A stretch of DNA of 23,114 nucleotides from a virus: IMG/VR virus record IMGVR_UViG_3300045391_005035. One strand, 5' to 3'. Of the stretch, positions 7,124 through 16,459 are shown one piece after another. Under the pieces are notes generated by a model. The model did not search any database. It worked only from the letters and a program-made list of their open reading frames with translations, and was not told the origin of the DNA. Numbering within the stretch: the stretch's first letter is position 1; each line of letters begins with the position of its first letter. Position numbers and translations under genes: made by a program.

Positions 7124-10100
7124 GCACATTCCATTGGGGTGTGGCTGTGAGCGGCGTACGATCGGCTGTAGCACTTCGGCGTCTGTACGAGCGTTACCGC
7201 ACCACGTCGTCGCTCAAGACGTCGACACGCAAGCCGGGCGAGTGGCTGGCCCTCGACGCTGGCTCTGAAGATGCATTGACGTTCGCGGCGGCTCTCGGAT
7301 TCTCGTCGGACGCGGCGGGATCCGAGAAGCTCGTCAACGCGCTCCCTCCCCTGAATGGTGCCCTCGGCGTCGTTCATGCGATGGACGTCCGTCTCGTTGC
7401 TCACCGCGCTCCCGGGAACACCAAGCTCGACGTTCGCTTCACGCTCGTCCCGAACGGCAAGAGCCTCAAGGGCTCGAAACCGACCCCCAGATCTGCGCTC
7501 CCGACGACCGTCTCCCAGCTCGACCTGCCATCCGAAAAGGTAGACAGGTTCGAAAAGGTAGACAGGCAGGCAAACGACCGCAAACACCGCGGCACAACTG
7601 CTGGCACGGAAGATGCCGATGGGTCGCTTTCCGTCTCGGCGGACGCTACATACGCAACCGGTGGCACACCTTCGAGCGACGAAGCCGTGCCGATGGTTTT
7701 GCCTGACGGGAGCCCGCTGCCGGACTTCTCGGACATGCTCACGATGGATGAGCTGTCCGACATGTGGCGCGAAGGGAAGCTCCCCGATCTCGTCACGGTA
7801 GAGACGCTCTTCGGTGACCTGCGGAACATCGTCCCGCAGATGCTCGAAGACGATCTGGAGATCGACCTCGCCGCCATCGGGGAGCGGCTCAAGTCCCGCA
7901 CGGTTCTGGCGAGCGGTGCTCCTCCGATCGAACCCGTCGCCAGCGATACCGGCGACACGTGGGCGAACGTCTCACGCGATGTTGTCGCGTGGGTGCGAAG
8001 CCACGTCAGAGCGCTTCGGATCGATGGCGCACGAGGGCACCTCACCGTGCTCGCGCCAAGTCCTGGTACCGGCAAGAGCCGCGGCATGATGGAGGCCGCG
8101 GACGAAGAGCAGGGCGCTCGTCGGCGCGTGGGGTACGCGGTGCTCTCGCGGGCGCAGATCCCCGAGGTCGCAGAGCGTCTTCGTGCGACCAATCCGCAGG
8201 TGCGACTCACGGTGATCGAGGGCCGACACAGCGGGAACTGCTCCTACATGGAGCAGATCGAAGTCGCGACGAGCGCCGGCTTCGCGCCGGGATCGACCGT
8301 CTGTCCCAGCTGCGAGAAGTACCCGCGCAGCATGACGGGTCATCGCGACATCTGCCGCTACTACGGGTCGCGCCTCGAAGCGTACCGTGAGCGGCGCAAG
8401 GCCGAGATCCTTCGTTACGCTCCGCCGATCATCCTCACAACACACGCGTCGGCGATCCAGGGCTCGCACATCGTCAAGCGCCGCTTCCAGAGCTTCTGGG
8501 AGTTCGACACGCTTTTCCTGGACGAAGATCCGACGTCGTCGATGGTGACCACGCACGAGATCTCCGAGAGCGCGCTCAACTACTCGCAGCTCGACCACAA
8601 GGGCAATCCAGACGGCCCCACGCTCGGCACGCGCCTGCTGCGCGAGGCGATGGAACGCGCGCTTCGCGAACGCGAAGCCGCTGCTGAGCGCGGATTCGTG
8701 GTCCACCGCGTGGTCCAAGGACAGACCGAGGTAGGCGAAGATCGCATTCACTCGCGCGAGCACGGGTCGTCGTACGCCGGCGGCGATCTGCACGCGCTCC
8801 TGGAGACGATCGCTCGCGGGATGGGCAGCTCACTGCGAGCGCTTGGCAGCTCGACGATCGACGGCATGTCTGGCGCCCCTCCCAAGGGCGAGATCATGAA
8901 CCTCACAGCCGACGAGGTCGCCACCCGCTACCCCAACAGATACCTCGCCGCGCTCTTTGCAACGCTCGAAGAGGAGTCGGTGGCGATCGCGGACGCGAAG
9001 GCCGCAGGCATTGATCTTGAGCCAGCGTACCGCACCCACCTCGACCTGGTTCCAGACGGCGAGGGCAATCATCGAGCGGTGATCCGGCTGCACCTGCTGC
9101 GTGGCTACGCAAACGGCCGCACGAACATCCTCATCGGCGACGCGTACGCGAACACGCAGCACTACGAGGGGCTCTTCGACAGGCACAGGCGCGACGGCGT
9201 CGTGCATGAGCTGAAAAAGCGGGCGATCTGGCCCACGACCTCGTCGCTGATCCGCATCGTCACGCATGCAGGGACGAAGCACCTGCGGAACACCACGCAG
9301 CTCTTCGAGCACCTCGAAGTGAAGGTGCGTCCGGTGCTTGAGCTGGAGCGCGAGCGCAAGATCGTCTTCTACATCCACAAGGAGATGGTCCGGAACCTGA
9401 AGGAATGGCTGGTGGCCCGATGGGCTGAGGCCGTCGACGAGGCGCAGGTCATCGAAGATCACGCGGACACCGCTCCCGAGAAGGAGCGCAAGAACAGGAT
9501 CCTCGACGATCACCTGGAAAAGCTCGGGTACGCGGTGGAGCACTGGGGCGGCGGTCGCGGCAAGGACGTCTACAAGGACTTCGACACGTTCATCGGCGTC
9601 ACCGAATACATGCCCAACGTCGGCGGCATGATCCACGAGGCGAACACCGTCGCGTCACTCGCGGCCCCGGGCAACACGCGCGTCGCACACTGGAACGGAT
9701 ACGCACCCCGCAAGGGCAAGGCGACCTTCGCGAACAGCCTCGCCAACGCAAGCCCGTTCTACCAGGCGGCGTTCCACCGCAAGGCCACAGACGAGCTTGC
9801 GCAGGCAGTGCACCGTATCCGGCCCGCGATCCCGTCGCGAGACGGTCGGCAGAAGCGTGCGTACGTGTTCGGGCACAGCGTTCCGTGGAGCGACGAGCTG
9901 ATCGCTGCGACAGCTGCGACAGCGGTCGTGGACGGAGGCAAAGCTGAGGTCGACCTGGAGACCGAGGCGCTTGGTCGCGGGCCTCGCTTCAGCATCACGG
10001 AGACGCTCGGCCTGGTGAGCGAACGCGAAGTGGCTGGAGCCATCGCAGAGGTGTTCAAGGTGCTCGAATGCTGGTCCCATGCGTTCGCCCACGCACTGCT

Positions 10101-10470
10101 TGGTGTGCCAGCATGGGCCATGCTCGAAGATCTGGTCGTTCGTGGATCAACGACGCATGGCGGCCTCGGTCAGCGTTCGGTTTTGCTTAATATATATCTC
10201 CCCGATGAGGCGAGTCCGATTGCTCAGCGCGTCGAACGTCCTCCTCCGTTCTGGGCGGCCATTGCATCACAGCTCCAGCGGAACAGCTCGATCTACCTTG
10301 CCGGGTTCCGCCGCTTCTGCGCTTCCCTGCCGAACCCATATCCGCGACGCCATCGCAGTTCATGGATGCCTCGCGGCTCGAACGGCTACGAGTTCTACGG
10401 AGATCGCGATCGTTTTCAGGCGGTTCTCGACGCGTTCTACGCGCCGAACGCAGAGAGGCTGAAGTTCTGA
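7117..10470 (+). CDS. Large SF2-like helicase/replication protein with a 4-Cys insert (start uncertain)
   Basis: Walker A APSPGTGKS (8053-8079); C..CPSC..C cluster (~8240-8355); IILTTHA; Walker B FDTLFLDEDP (8503-8532); HWGGGRGKDVYKD; motif VI-like QAVHRIRP (9802-9825). Confidence 0.8.
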   Translation: MSSTFHWGVAVSGVRSAVALRRLYERYRTTSSLKTSTRKPGEWLALDAGSEDALTFAAALGFSSDAAGSEKLVNALPPLNGALGVVHAMDVRLVAHRAPGNTKLDVRFTLVPNGKSLKGSKPTPRSALPTTVSQLDLPSEKVDRFEKVDRQANDRKHRGTTAGTEDADGSLSVSADATYATGGTPSSDEAVPMVLPDGSPLPDFSDMLTMDELSDMWREGKLPDLVTVETLFGDLRNIVPQMLEDDLEIDLAAIGERLKSRTVLASGAPPIEPVASDTGDTWANVSRDVVAWVRSHVRALRIDGARGHLTVLAPSPGTGKSRGMMEAADEEQGARRRVGYAVLSRAQIPEVAERLRATNPQVRLTVIEGRHSGNCSYMEQIEVATSAGFAPGSTVCPSCEKYPRSMTGHRDICRYYGSRLEAYRERRKAEILRYAPPIILTTHASAIQGSHIVKRRFQSFWEFDTLFLDEDPTSSMVTTHEISESALNYSQLDHKGNPDGPTLGTRLLREAMERALREREAAAERGFVVHRVVQGQTEVGEDRIHSREHGSSYAGGDLHALLETIARGMGSSLRALGSSTIDGMSGAPPKGEIMNLTADEVATRYPNRYLAALFATLEEESVAIADAKAAGIDLEPAYRTHLDLVPDGEGNHRAVIRLHLLRGYANGRTNILIGDAYANTQHYEGLFDRHRRDGVVHELKKRAIWPTTSSLIRIVTHAGTKHLRNTTQLFEHLEVKVRPVLELERERKIVFYIHKEMVRNLKEWLVARWAEAVDEAQVIEDHADTAPEKERKNRILDDHLEKLGYAVEHWGGGRGKDVYKDFDTFIGVTEYMPNVGGMIHEANTVASLAAPGNTRVAHWNGYAPRKGKATFANSLANASPFYQAAFHRKATDELAQAVHRIRPAIPSRDGRQKRAYVFGHSVPWSDELIAATAATAVVDGGKAEVDLETEALGRGPRFSITETLGLVSEREVAGAIAEVFKVLECWSHAFAHALLGVPAWAMLEDLVVRGSTTHGGLGQRSVLLNIYLPDEASPIAQRVERPPPFWAAIASQLQRNSSIYLAGFRRFCASLPNPYPRRHRSSWMPRGSNGYEFYGDRDRFQAVLDAFYAPNAERLKF
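7533..7566. repeat. 16-bp direct repeat at 18-bp period inside the helicase N-terminal linker
   Basis: CGAAAAGGTAGACAGG at 7533-7548 and 7551-7566. Confidence 0.9.
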
Positions 10471-11168
10471 TGGCGTACCAATCACGTGCCCGAGCTGCCG
10501 CCAACCGCAAGGCGCCTCCGCCGCCTCCGGAGCTTCGGGAGGCGAGGCTCACGATCCCCGACGCGCTGGTCGCCTGGGCGCGCGAGACGGATCGTCAGAT
10601 CGCCTGGGCGCGTCCGTTCGGCGACGAAGTCGCTGCCATCCTCGCGGAACCGCAGCCGTTGATGCCGAACGTGCTCGCAGTGCTCCTGAACCGTCTCGAC
10701 GCGATCGTCAGCGCGGCGATCGGCGAGGGCCGCTCGGACCTGCTCGGCGGCTTCGATCTCCAGACGGCCGAATGGCTCGGTCTGCATGTGCACATCGAGA
10801 CGGCGCGTGGACACCTGCATGTGGGGCCCGATCCGCGCACGCGATCGTTCGAGGGCGCCTCGGAGCCGCCGTGGACCTACAACGAGCTGCGTGTCGTGTT
10901 TGACGCGAAGGAGCCCGCCGCAGTGGACCTCGCGTGGAAGGCGAAGCAGATGTTGCTCGAAGTGTTCCCGCAGGCACGCATCGAAGAGCTGGTGTTCGAC
11001 AAGCCGATCACCATCTGCGTCGCTTGCGAACAGCCCGCGGGAGGTGTCATGCTCACCACCAACGCGGGCGACGAGTACCACGCAAAGTGCTGGTCGGAGA
11101 TGGTTGCACCCCTCCCAGAGCACCTGCGCGCGATGCTCAAGAAAGCTCCGAAGGCGAAGGCGAGATGA
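10470..11168 (+). CDS. Hypothetical protein with C-terminal CxxC...HxxC (LIM-like) Zn finger
   Basis: TGATG overlap with helicase; CVAC-x16-HAKC. Confidence 0.78.
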   Translation: MAYQSRARAAANRKAPPPPPELREARLTIPDALVAWARETDRQIAWARPFGDEVAAILAEPQPLMPNVLAVLLNRLDAIVSAAIGEGRSDLLGGFDLQTAEWLGLHVHIETARGHLHVGPDPRTRSFEGASEPPWTYNELRVVFDAKEPAAVDLAWKAKQMLLEVFPQARIEELVFDKPITICVACEQPAGGVMLTTNAGDEYHAKCWSEMVAPLPEHLRAMLKKAPKAKAR

Positions 11169-11899
11169 GCGGCACAGGCACCAGGGGCGCGGAGTTCGGC
11201 AAGGTCCAGCCGATTCAGGACGACGCGCTGCTTCGCGTCAGCGGCTTCGATCCCGACAAGGTGATCGACCTCGGAACCGATCCGGACACGCTCGAAAACG
11301 GAACCATCGTCCAGGTCTCGCCGGAGGCCGCGTTCCAGCCCGGCCAGCAGGTGATGTTCTGGCTCACGGTCTACAACGGCCCGCTCGCGAACAAGAACGA
11401 TCCGTACATCTCTCGCGTGCGGCTCAAGCCGTGGTGGAAGCGAGCGACGCTGGAGAAGCGCGGGCCGGGCGATCCGGGCAACACGCAACCAGCAGGCCTG
11501 GGCTGGATCGGTCCCGACGAGCGGCAGTTCGGTTCCGGTCCGATCGCCGCGGCCGACCCCTCCAGCTCAACGCACGCGAGCAACAACCGCCTCGTGTGGT
11601 TCCCGGTGCCGAAGCTCCTCGACATCACCCAGTACCAGACGGCGCCTCCGGACCCGGCTCCTGCGCGTCAGTCGGACAGCCTGTTCCTCGACGACGTGTG
11701 GACGCTGGATCTTCAGGATCCAGGCGCGTACGAGTCGACGAAGGGAATCACGCAGCCTCGCTTCGGTCGCAGCGCGGTCTTCATGTACGTCTCGCACGGC
11801 TACGCGCTCGGGCTGACGCATCAGTTCGACGTCGTGGGCGAGCAAGGCGATGCGCCGCACCTGCTCATCGACCTGACCTGGGCCGTCGGAACGCTCTGA
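11165..11899 (+). CDS. Hypothetical beta-rich protein, possibly virion structural
   Basis: ATGA overlap; alternating strands VMFWLTVY, ISRVRLKPW, AVFMYV, LLIDLTWAVG; directly upstream of the spike cluster. Confidence 0.75.
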   Translation: MSGTGTRGAEFGKVQPIQDDALLRVSGFDPDKVIDLGTDPDTLENGTIVQVSPEAAFQPGQQVMFWLTVYNGPLANKNDPYISRVRLKPWWKRATLEKRGPGDPGNTQPAGLGWIGPDERQFGSGPIAAADPSSSTHASNNRLVWFPVPKLLDITQYQTAPPDPAPARQSDSLFLDDVWTLDLQDPGAYESTKGITQPRFGRSAVFMYVSHGYALGLTHQFDVVGEQGDAPHLLIDLTWAVGTL

Positions 11900-12051
11900 T
11901 GGCCTCGCGCTACCCCAGGCACATCCGCTCCACGTCGGCGACCGCATCGGGTCCGGTCCCGGACGTGAAGTCGATGGCGGTGACGCAGCCGCAGGCGCCG
12001 CAGCCGCAGCCGACCCCGCCGACGCCGAGCAGCGGCACCACGGAAGCGTGA
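11899..12051 (+). CDS. 50-aa Pro/Gln/Thr-rich peptide
   Basis: TGATG overlap; MASRYPRHIRSTS...QPQAPQPQPTPPTPSSGTTEA; ends 9 nt before the next ATG. Confidence 0.6.
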   Translation: MASRYPRHIRSTSATASGPVPDVKSMAVTQPQAPQPQPTPPTPSSGTTEA

Positions 12052-12060
12052 GGCACGACG

Positions 12061-13557
12061 ATGGCGTCGATGTACGAGATCCATATTCCAGCCGGCGGAA
12101 CCGGTGGTGCGCCGCCGGCCGACCCGCAGGATCGCTTCGCGCCGAAGTACCTCGTCGGCAACGTGCCCGAGGGTGACAGCGCGGTCGCGTACTCTGCCAA
12201 CGGCTTCGTGTACATTCCCGATCCAGGCGACGGGACAGGCATCGCCGACGCGCTGTCACAGGCATCGGTGGATCCCGGTGACGTCTGGGTGCGTCCCGGC
12301 ACGTACGACTTCGCTACGGGCGCGATCATCAACGCGCTGACGATTCCAGCGTTCTGCAAGCTGCGAGGCGCAGGCATCTCGACGGTCATCCGTCCGCTCG
12401 CCGGTGGCAACCAGGGCGCGTTCATTCTCGCGCAGGGCGCGGAGATCTCGGACATGACGGTCGCCGCTCCCGCCCTCACCGGCGTCGCCGGAGGGGAGCG
12501 CGGGCTGATCACCTTCGCCGCAGATCAGACGTTCGCACGGCGACTTCTGCTGGGCCTCCAGCCGGATGCCAACAGCACGTTGCGGTATGCGTTGTCGGTT
12601 CAGGCCGGTGGCGCTGGGACCACGCGGTACGTTCGCCTCGAAGACATTGCCTGCAACGTCCAGACGCGGGTGGGCAGCTCGGTCGACCCAGCGGGCATGC
12701 TCGAAGTAGTGCCGGGTGCCGGCGCGGCGATCATCTCGTTCCAGAATCTGCGATCGCAAGGCGGTGACATCGCCGTTCGTGACGCGAGCGCGGTTGGCCA
12801 GGGAATCAATCAGCTGATCGGCCAGAACCTGAGCATCACCGATGCCAACTTCGGCGGCCTCCGGTGGACTGGCGTCGGACAGATCGACGACATCAGCGTC
12901 GTCATCAGCGCGCCGGACGCTGGCGCAACGATGATCGCCATCGCGTCCCGGCCGCAGGTGCCGTCGACGAGTCTTCGGAACGTCTGGCTCGATCCGAAGG
13001 GTGTCGTCAGCGTCGGAGTGAACATCACCAAGGACGTGAACGGCGACGTGGGTCAGAACGCAAGCCTCGACGGCATCAGCGTGTCTGGCAACGGTTCGTT
13101 CGGTGCGACGATCGTCGGTGTTGCGAACGCAGCGTGTCGCGGCATGACGATCCGCAGGCTGTTTTCGGTCGGCGCCACGGCGCTGTCGGTGGCGGGGATC
13201 TCCGAGAAGGGTTCCAACCCCGACATGACGATCGAGGACTGCGTGCTGGAGTTCAACGGCACGTCGGCTCGGAAGGGCATCGAGTCTACTTCGGTACGTG
13301 CGAAGATCCGCGGCAACACGGTCTCCACTCTCGCGTCAGGGTCCGGCGGCCTCGCAACGTGCATCGCGCAGAGCAGCTCGCAGGCGACGATCGTGGGGAA
13401 CACGATCAAGACTCTCAACGCTCTCGACGTCGGAATCGATCTGAGTGGATCTGACAACGGCAACGTGATCGGCAACGTCATGGACATGGCGACCGACGCG
13501 AACTACTGCATCAACATCCCCGTGAGCGCGAACGTCGCGCAGAACGTGGTGGTCTGA
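12061..13557 (+). CDS. Right-handed beta-helix spike-like protein
   Basis: Cap motif GIADAL..GDVWVRPGTY..LRGAGISTVI; C-terminal repeats KIRGNTV, TIVGNTI, NVIGNVM. Confidence 0.8.
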   Translation: MASMYEIHIPAGGTGGAPPADPQDRFAPKYLVGNVPEGDSAVAYSANGFVYIPDPGDGTGIADALSQASVDPGDVWVRPGTYDFATGAIINALTIPAFCKLRGAGISTVIRPLAGGNQGAFILAQGAEISDMTVAAPALTGVAGGERGLITFAADQTFARRLLLGLQPDANSTLRYALSVQAGGAGTTRYVRLEDIACNVQTRVGSSVDPAGMLEVVPGAGAAIISFQNLRSQGGDIAVRDASAVGQGINQLIGQNLSITDANFGGLRWTGVGQIDDISVVISAPDAGATMIAIASRPQVPSTSLRNVWLDPKGVVSVGVNITKDVNGDVGQNASLDGISVSGNGSFGATIVGVANAACRGMTIRRLFSVGATALSVAGISEKGSNPDMTIEDCVLEFNGTSARKGIESTSVRAKIRGNTVSTLASGSGGLATCIAQSSSQATIVGNTIKTLNALDVGIDLSGSDNGNVIGNVMDMATDANYCINIPVSANVAQNVVV

Positions 13558-13558
13558 A

Positions 13559-15631
13559 ATGGCTCTGAGTACACCCGGCGCATCGACCTCGTTCCCGGCG
13601 GGGCAGAAGCGGCAGCAGTTCTCGCCGTACTGGGGTGTCTACGCGAGTGCGGTGACGCTTCCGAACGCGTCTGGCAATGCGCTCGCAGCGGCGAACTTTC
13701 GTCTCGAAGCCGGTGACCAGGCGTACGTCACGGGGGTCGGTTTCTACACGTGCACGAGCCCCGGCACGGCTGGCGGTTCGGACGCCGTGTGGACGTTGAT
13801 CCCGTCCGGTGGTGGCGGCGGCACGGACAACCACATCGTGCGTTGGGACGGCACGAGCGCCTTCCAAGACGGCGTCGCGATCGAGACGGATGCTGGTGAG
13901 ATCCAGGTCGGCAGCGGCTTGGTCGGCACGCCGTCACTGACGTTCGTTGCGGAGCCGACTCTCGGGTTTTGGCGGTCCGCCGCTGGCACGCTTGCGATGG
14001 CGCTCGGCGGAGCGTCGTACTGGTACTGGAACTCGACCGGCTACTTCGCGAACCAGAACTCGCTCATCCTTGGAAGCGCGGTTACGAACGGTAACCTTCG
14101 CCTCGGAGGCCAGGCGACAACTGGCGCTGCGCCGCCGATCATCATCTACAATCAGCAGACGTTCACCGGTGGCCTGGCAACGTCGCAGGTGGCGCTGCGC
14201 ATCAATGCCGACGTCAACCAGACTTCGACGGCGGATTTCACGGCGCAGCGAATCAATCTGTTCGGCGCCGGCGGCGCCGGTGCGCCTACGTTCGGCGGCG
14301 GCGGCGGCTTCTTCTTCGACTGCCAGACGAACGGTACGACGCAGTTCAGCGTCACCAGTACCGGGAGCGTGCGGGCCAGCACCGGCTACTTCTTCACGAC
14401 CGCAACGACGATGGGGTTCTACAACTTCGGGAACACCCAGACACGTTGGACGCTCGGCGGTACCGACTACGTCGTCTTCAGCACCTCTGGCTTCACGATG
14501 CTCCAGGGCACCGGTATGAGTGCCGGCACCGCAAACCAGGGCACGTACATCTATGGCAACGTCAGCAGCACGGCAGCCATCGGTGTCGATCACGGCAACC
14601 TGAATGCGTTTCAGGGAGCCTCCACCACCGCGCAGGTCGGCAACCGCATGGTCGCTGGCGTGAACCAGAGCGCGAGCGCGAGCTTCACGGCGCTTCAGAT
14701 CTCGATGGGCCTGCTGACCACGGGCGTCGGCGGGGCCCCGGTGTTCGGCGGTGGCGGAGGGTTCTTCCTCGATCTCCAGACAAACGGGACCTCGGTCTCG
14801 AAGTGGACTGCGGCCGGACGCATTCAGGCCGGAGACGGAACTATCGCGCTACCGTCGCTCACGTACCTCTCCGAGCCGACGACCGGGTGGTCTCGTCCAT
14901 CAGCTGGACAGATGTCCTTGTCGAACGGCGGAACGCAGAGCGTTGTTTGGACGGCGGCCGGACAGTTCGTGAAGAACGGCTACGTCATCTCGACCAACGG
15001 GGTAGGCGCGAACGAGATCTACGGCCTTTCCGGCGGCTTCACGACCGCAGCCGAAGGTCCGGTCTACGTCTACAACAACGCACAGTTCAGCGCGAGCACC
15101 GGCGTCAGCCAGAAGGGTTTTCGAATCTACTCGGACGTGAACCAGACGGGCGCCGCGTCGTTCACGAGCCTCTACGTCAATCAGTCACTCACCACCGGCA
15201 CCACCGGATCGCCCGTGTTCGGATCCGGCGGCGGATGGCTCGCCGACTTTAGCTCTGGCGGCGCTACCAAGTTCTCCGTCTCCTCTGACGGCGGCGTGGC
15301 GAAGACGGCGATCTCACCGGCGGTGATGGCGGCCACCGAGAACGACTACGCTGGCGCGGCGCGCGCTGGCTTTACGCGCCTCACGCCGAACGCATTGAAC
15401 ACGGTCGTCACCGGCCTCTCCGCGACGAACATTCGTGACGGCCACCGCCTCACCGTGATCAACATCGGCAACAAGACGCTGACCTTCAATCACCAGGACG
15501 CGGGCTCGGCAGCGGCAAACCGGATCATTACGTCGACTGGTGCGGCGATCGTCTTGACGCAAGATCAGACGGTTGAGTTCATGTACGACCTGACGACGGC
15601 GCGTTGGCGCCAGATCGCTCTCATCGCGTAA
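13559..15631 (+). CDS. Gly/Thr-rich fibre protein with three internal ~155-aa repeats
   Basis: TDNHIVRWDG and PSLTF..PTLGFWR fibre motifs; PxFGxGGG(F/W) at 14285, 14738 and 15212; terminal domain DGHRLTVINIG..SAAANR..YD..RW. Confidence 0.82.
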   Translation: MALSTPGASTSFPAGQKRQQFSPYWGVYASAVTLPNASGNALAAANFRLEAGDQAYVTGVGFYTCTSPGTAGGSDAVWTLIPSGGGGGTDNHIVRWDGTSAFQDGVAIETDAGEIQVGSGLVGTPSLTFVAEPTLGFWRSAAGTLAMALGGASYWYWNSTGYFANQNSLILGSAVTNGNLRLGGQATTGAAPPIIIYNQQTFTGGLATSQVALRINADVNQTSTADFTAQRINLFGAGGAGAPTFGGGGGFFFDCQTNGTTQFSVTSTGSVRASTGYFFTTATTMGFYNFGNTQTRWTLGGTDYVVFSTSGFTMLQGTGMSAGTANQGTYIYGNVSSTAAIGVDHGNLNAFQGASTTAQVGNRMVAGVNQSASASFTALQISMGLLTTGVGGAPVFGGGGGFFLDLQTNGTSVSKWTAAGRIQAGDGTIALPSLTYLSEPTTGWSRPSAGQMSLSNGGTQSVVWTAAGQFVKNGYVISTNGVGANEIYGLSGGFTTAAEGPVYVYNNAQFSASTGVSQKGFRIYSDVNQTGAASFTSLYVNQSLTTGTTGSPVFGSGGGWLADFSSGGATKFSVSSDGGVAKTAISPAVMAATENDYAGAARAGFTRLTPNALNTVVTGLSATNIRDGHRLTVINIGNKTLTFNHQDAGSAAANRIITSTGAAIVLTQDQTVEFMYDLTTARWRQIALIA

Positions 15632-15644
15632 CTGGAGATAGACA

Positions 15645-16070
15645 ATGAGCAGACAGCAGACGGAGTTCGTCCGAGAGCTTCTTGAGCGGAGCGAACGCGT
15701 TGCAGCGCTCTTCCCAGTGAACGATGTCACGAATAGCCACGCGAACGCGTTGCGTCACATTGCGCAGCAGTTGGAGACGCTGATCCCGAAGGACGAGGAT
15801 GTGGCCGTTGCAGTGACGTTTGCGAGCGCACTCGGAGTAGCGAGTCTCGACGAACTCGATCAGGCTGTCAGGGACAAGCTGCTTGATGCAGCGAAGGAGA
15901 AGCGTCGCGGTGATGAGGCGAAGGCGGAGGCGGAGCGCCTGCGACTCGAAGCGAAGGCGGAGGCGGAGCGCCTGCGACTCGAAGCGGAGGCGGAGGCGGA
16001 GCGCCTGCGACTCGAAGCGGAGGCTGCGAGGACGGACGCCGTCACGGCGGTAGAGGGAGAAAAGACGTGA
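15645..16070 (+). CDS. Helical protein with 11-aa tandem repeats
   Basis: GGAG RBS; (A[K/E]AEAERLRLE)x3. Confidence 0.8.
   Translation: MSRQQTEFVRELLERSERVAALFPVNDVTNSHANALRHIAQQLETLIPKDEDVAVAVTFASALGVASLDELDQAVRDKLLDAAKEKRRGDEAKAEAERLRLEAKAEAERLRLEAEAEAERLRLEAEAARTDAVTAVEGEKT
15918..16024. repeat. 33-bp tandem repeat x3 plus partial copy
   Basis: GCGAAGGCGGAGGCGGAGCGCCTGCGACTCGAA at 15918, 15951 and 15984 (one mismatch in the third copy). Confidence 0.95.
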
Positions 16071-16399
16071 GCAAGGCCAAGAGTCCGATCCACGAGCCCA
16101 AGGCGCCTGCGGCGCGATCCGTCGAGCCACAGAAGGAACAGCTCGACGTCTGGAAGATGCCGGACGTGGTGCTGATGCGTCTTCAGAATCTGCTTCTCCA
16201 AGGCGAGCGCGATGCAGCCATGGAGCGTGAGGCGCAGACGACACTGCGCGCAGTGGCAATGCGTAAGCAGCAGCTCGAACAGCAGATCGTCAGCGTGCAG
16301 CAGCAGATCAAGGACGGCTGCGAAGAGAACGGTCAGTACGAGATCGTCGGCGGAATGAACCTCGACACCGGCGAAGTGCAGAGACGCCGCAAGGCATGA
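16067..16399 (+). CDS. Small coiled-coil protein (possible fibre chaperone)
   Basis: GTGA overlap; LMRLQNLLLQ..KQQLEQQIVSVQQQIK; ends NLDTGEV; located just after a fibre gene. Confidence 0.75.
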   Translation: MSKAKSPIHEPKAPAARSVEPQKEQLDVWKMPDVVLMRLQNLLLQGERDAAMEREAQTTLRAVAMRKQQLEQQIVSVQQQIKDGCEENGQYEIVGGMNLDTGEVQRRRKA

Positions 16400-16459
16400 C
16401 ACCAGAGCCGTCTCCGCGGTCGTGGCGGACGTTGCGGCTTGCGACAACAGTGAGACGCA

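Noticed and set aside
15918-16024. CRISPR array
   Set aside because: The 33-bp units are contiguous with no spacers and lie in-frame in a CDS
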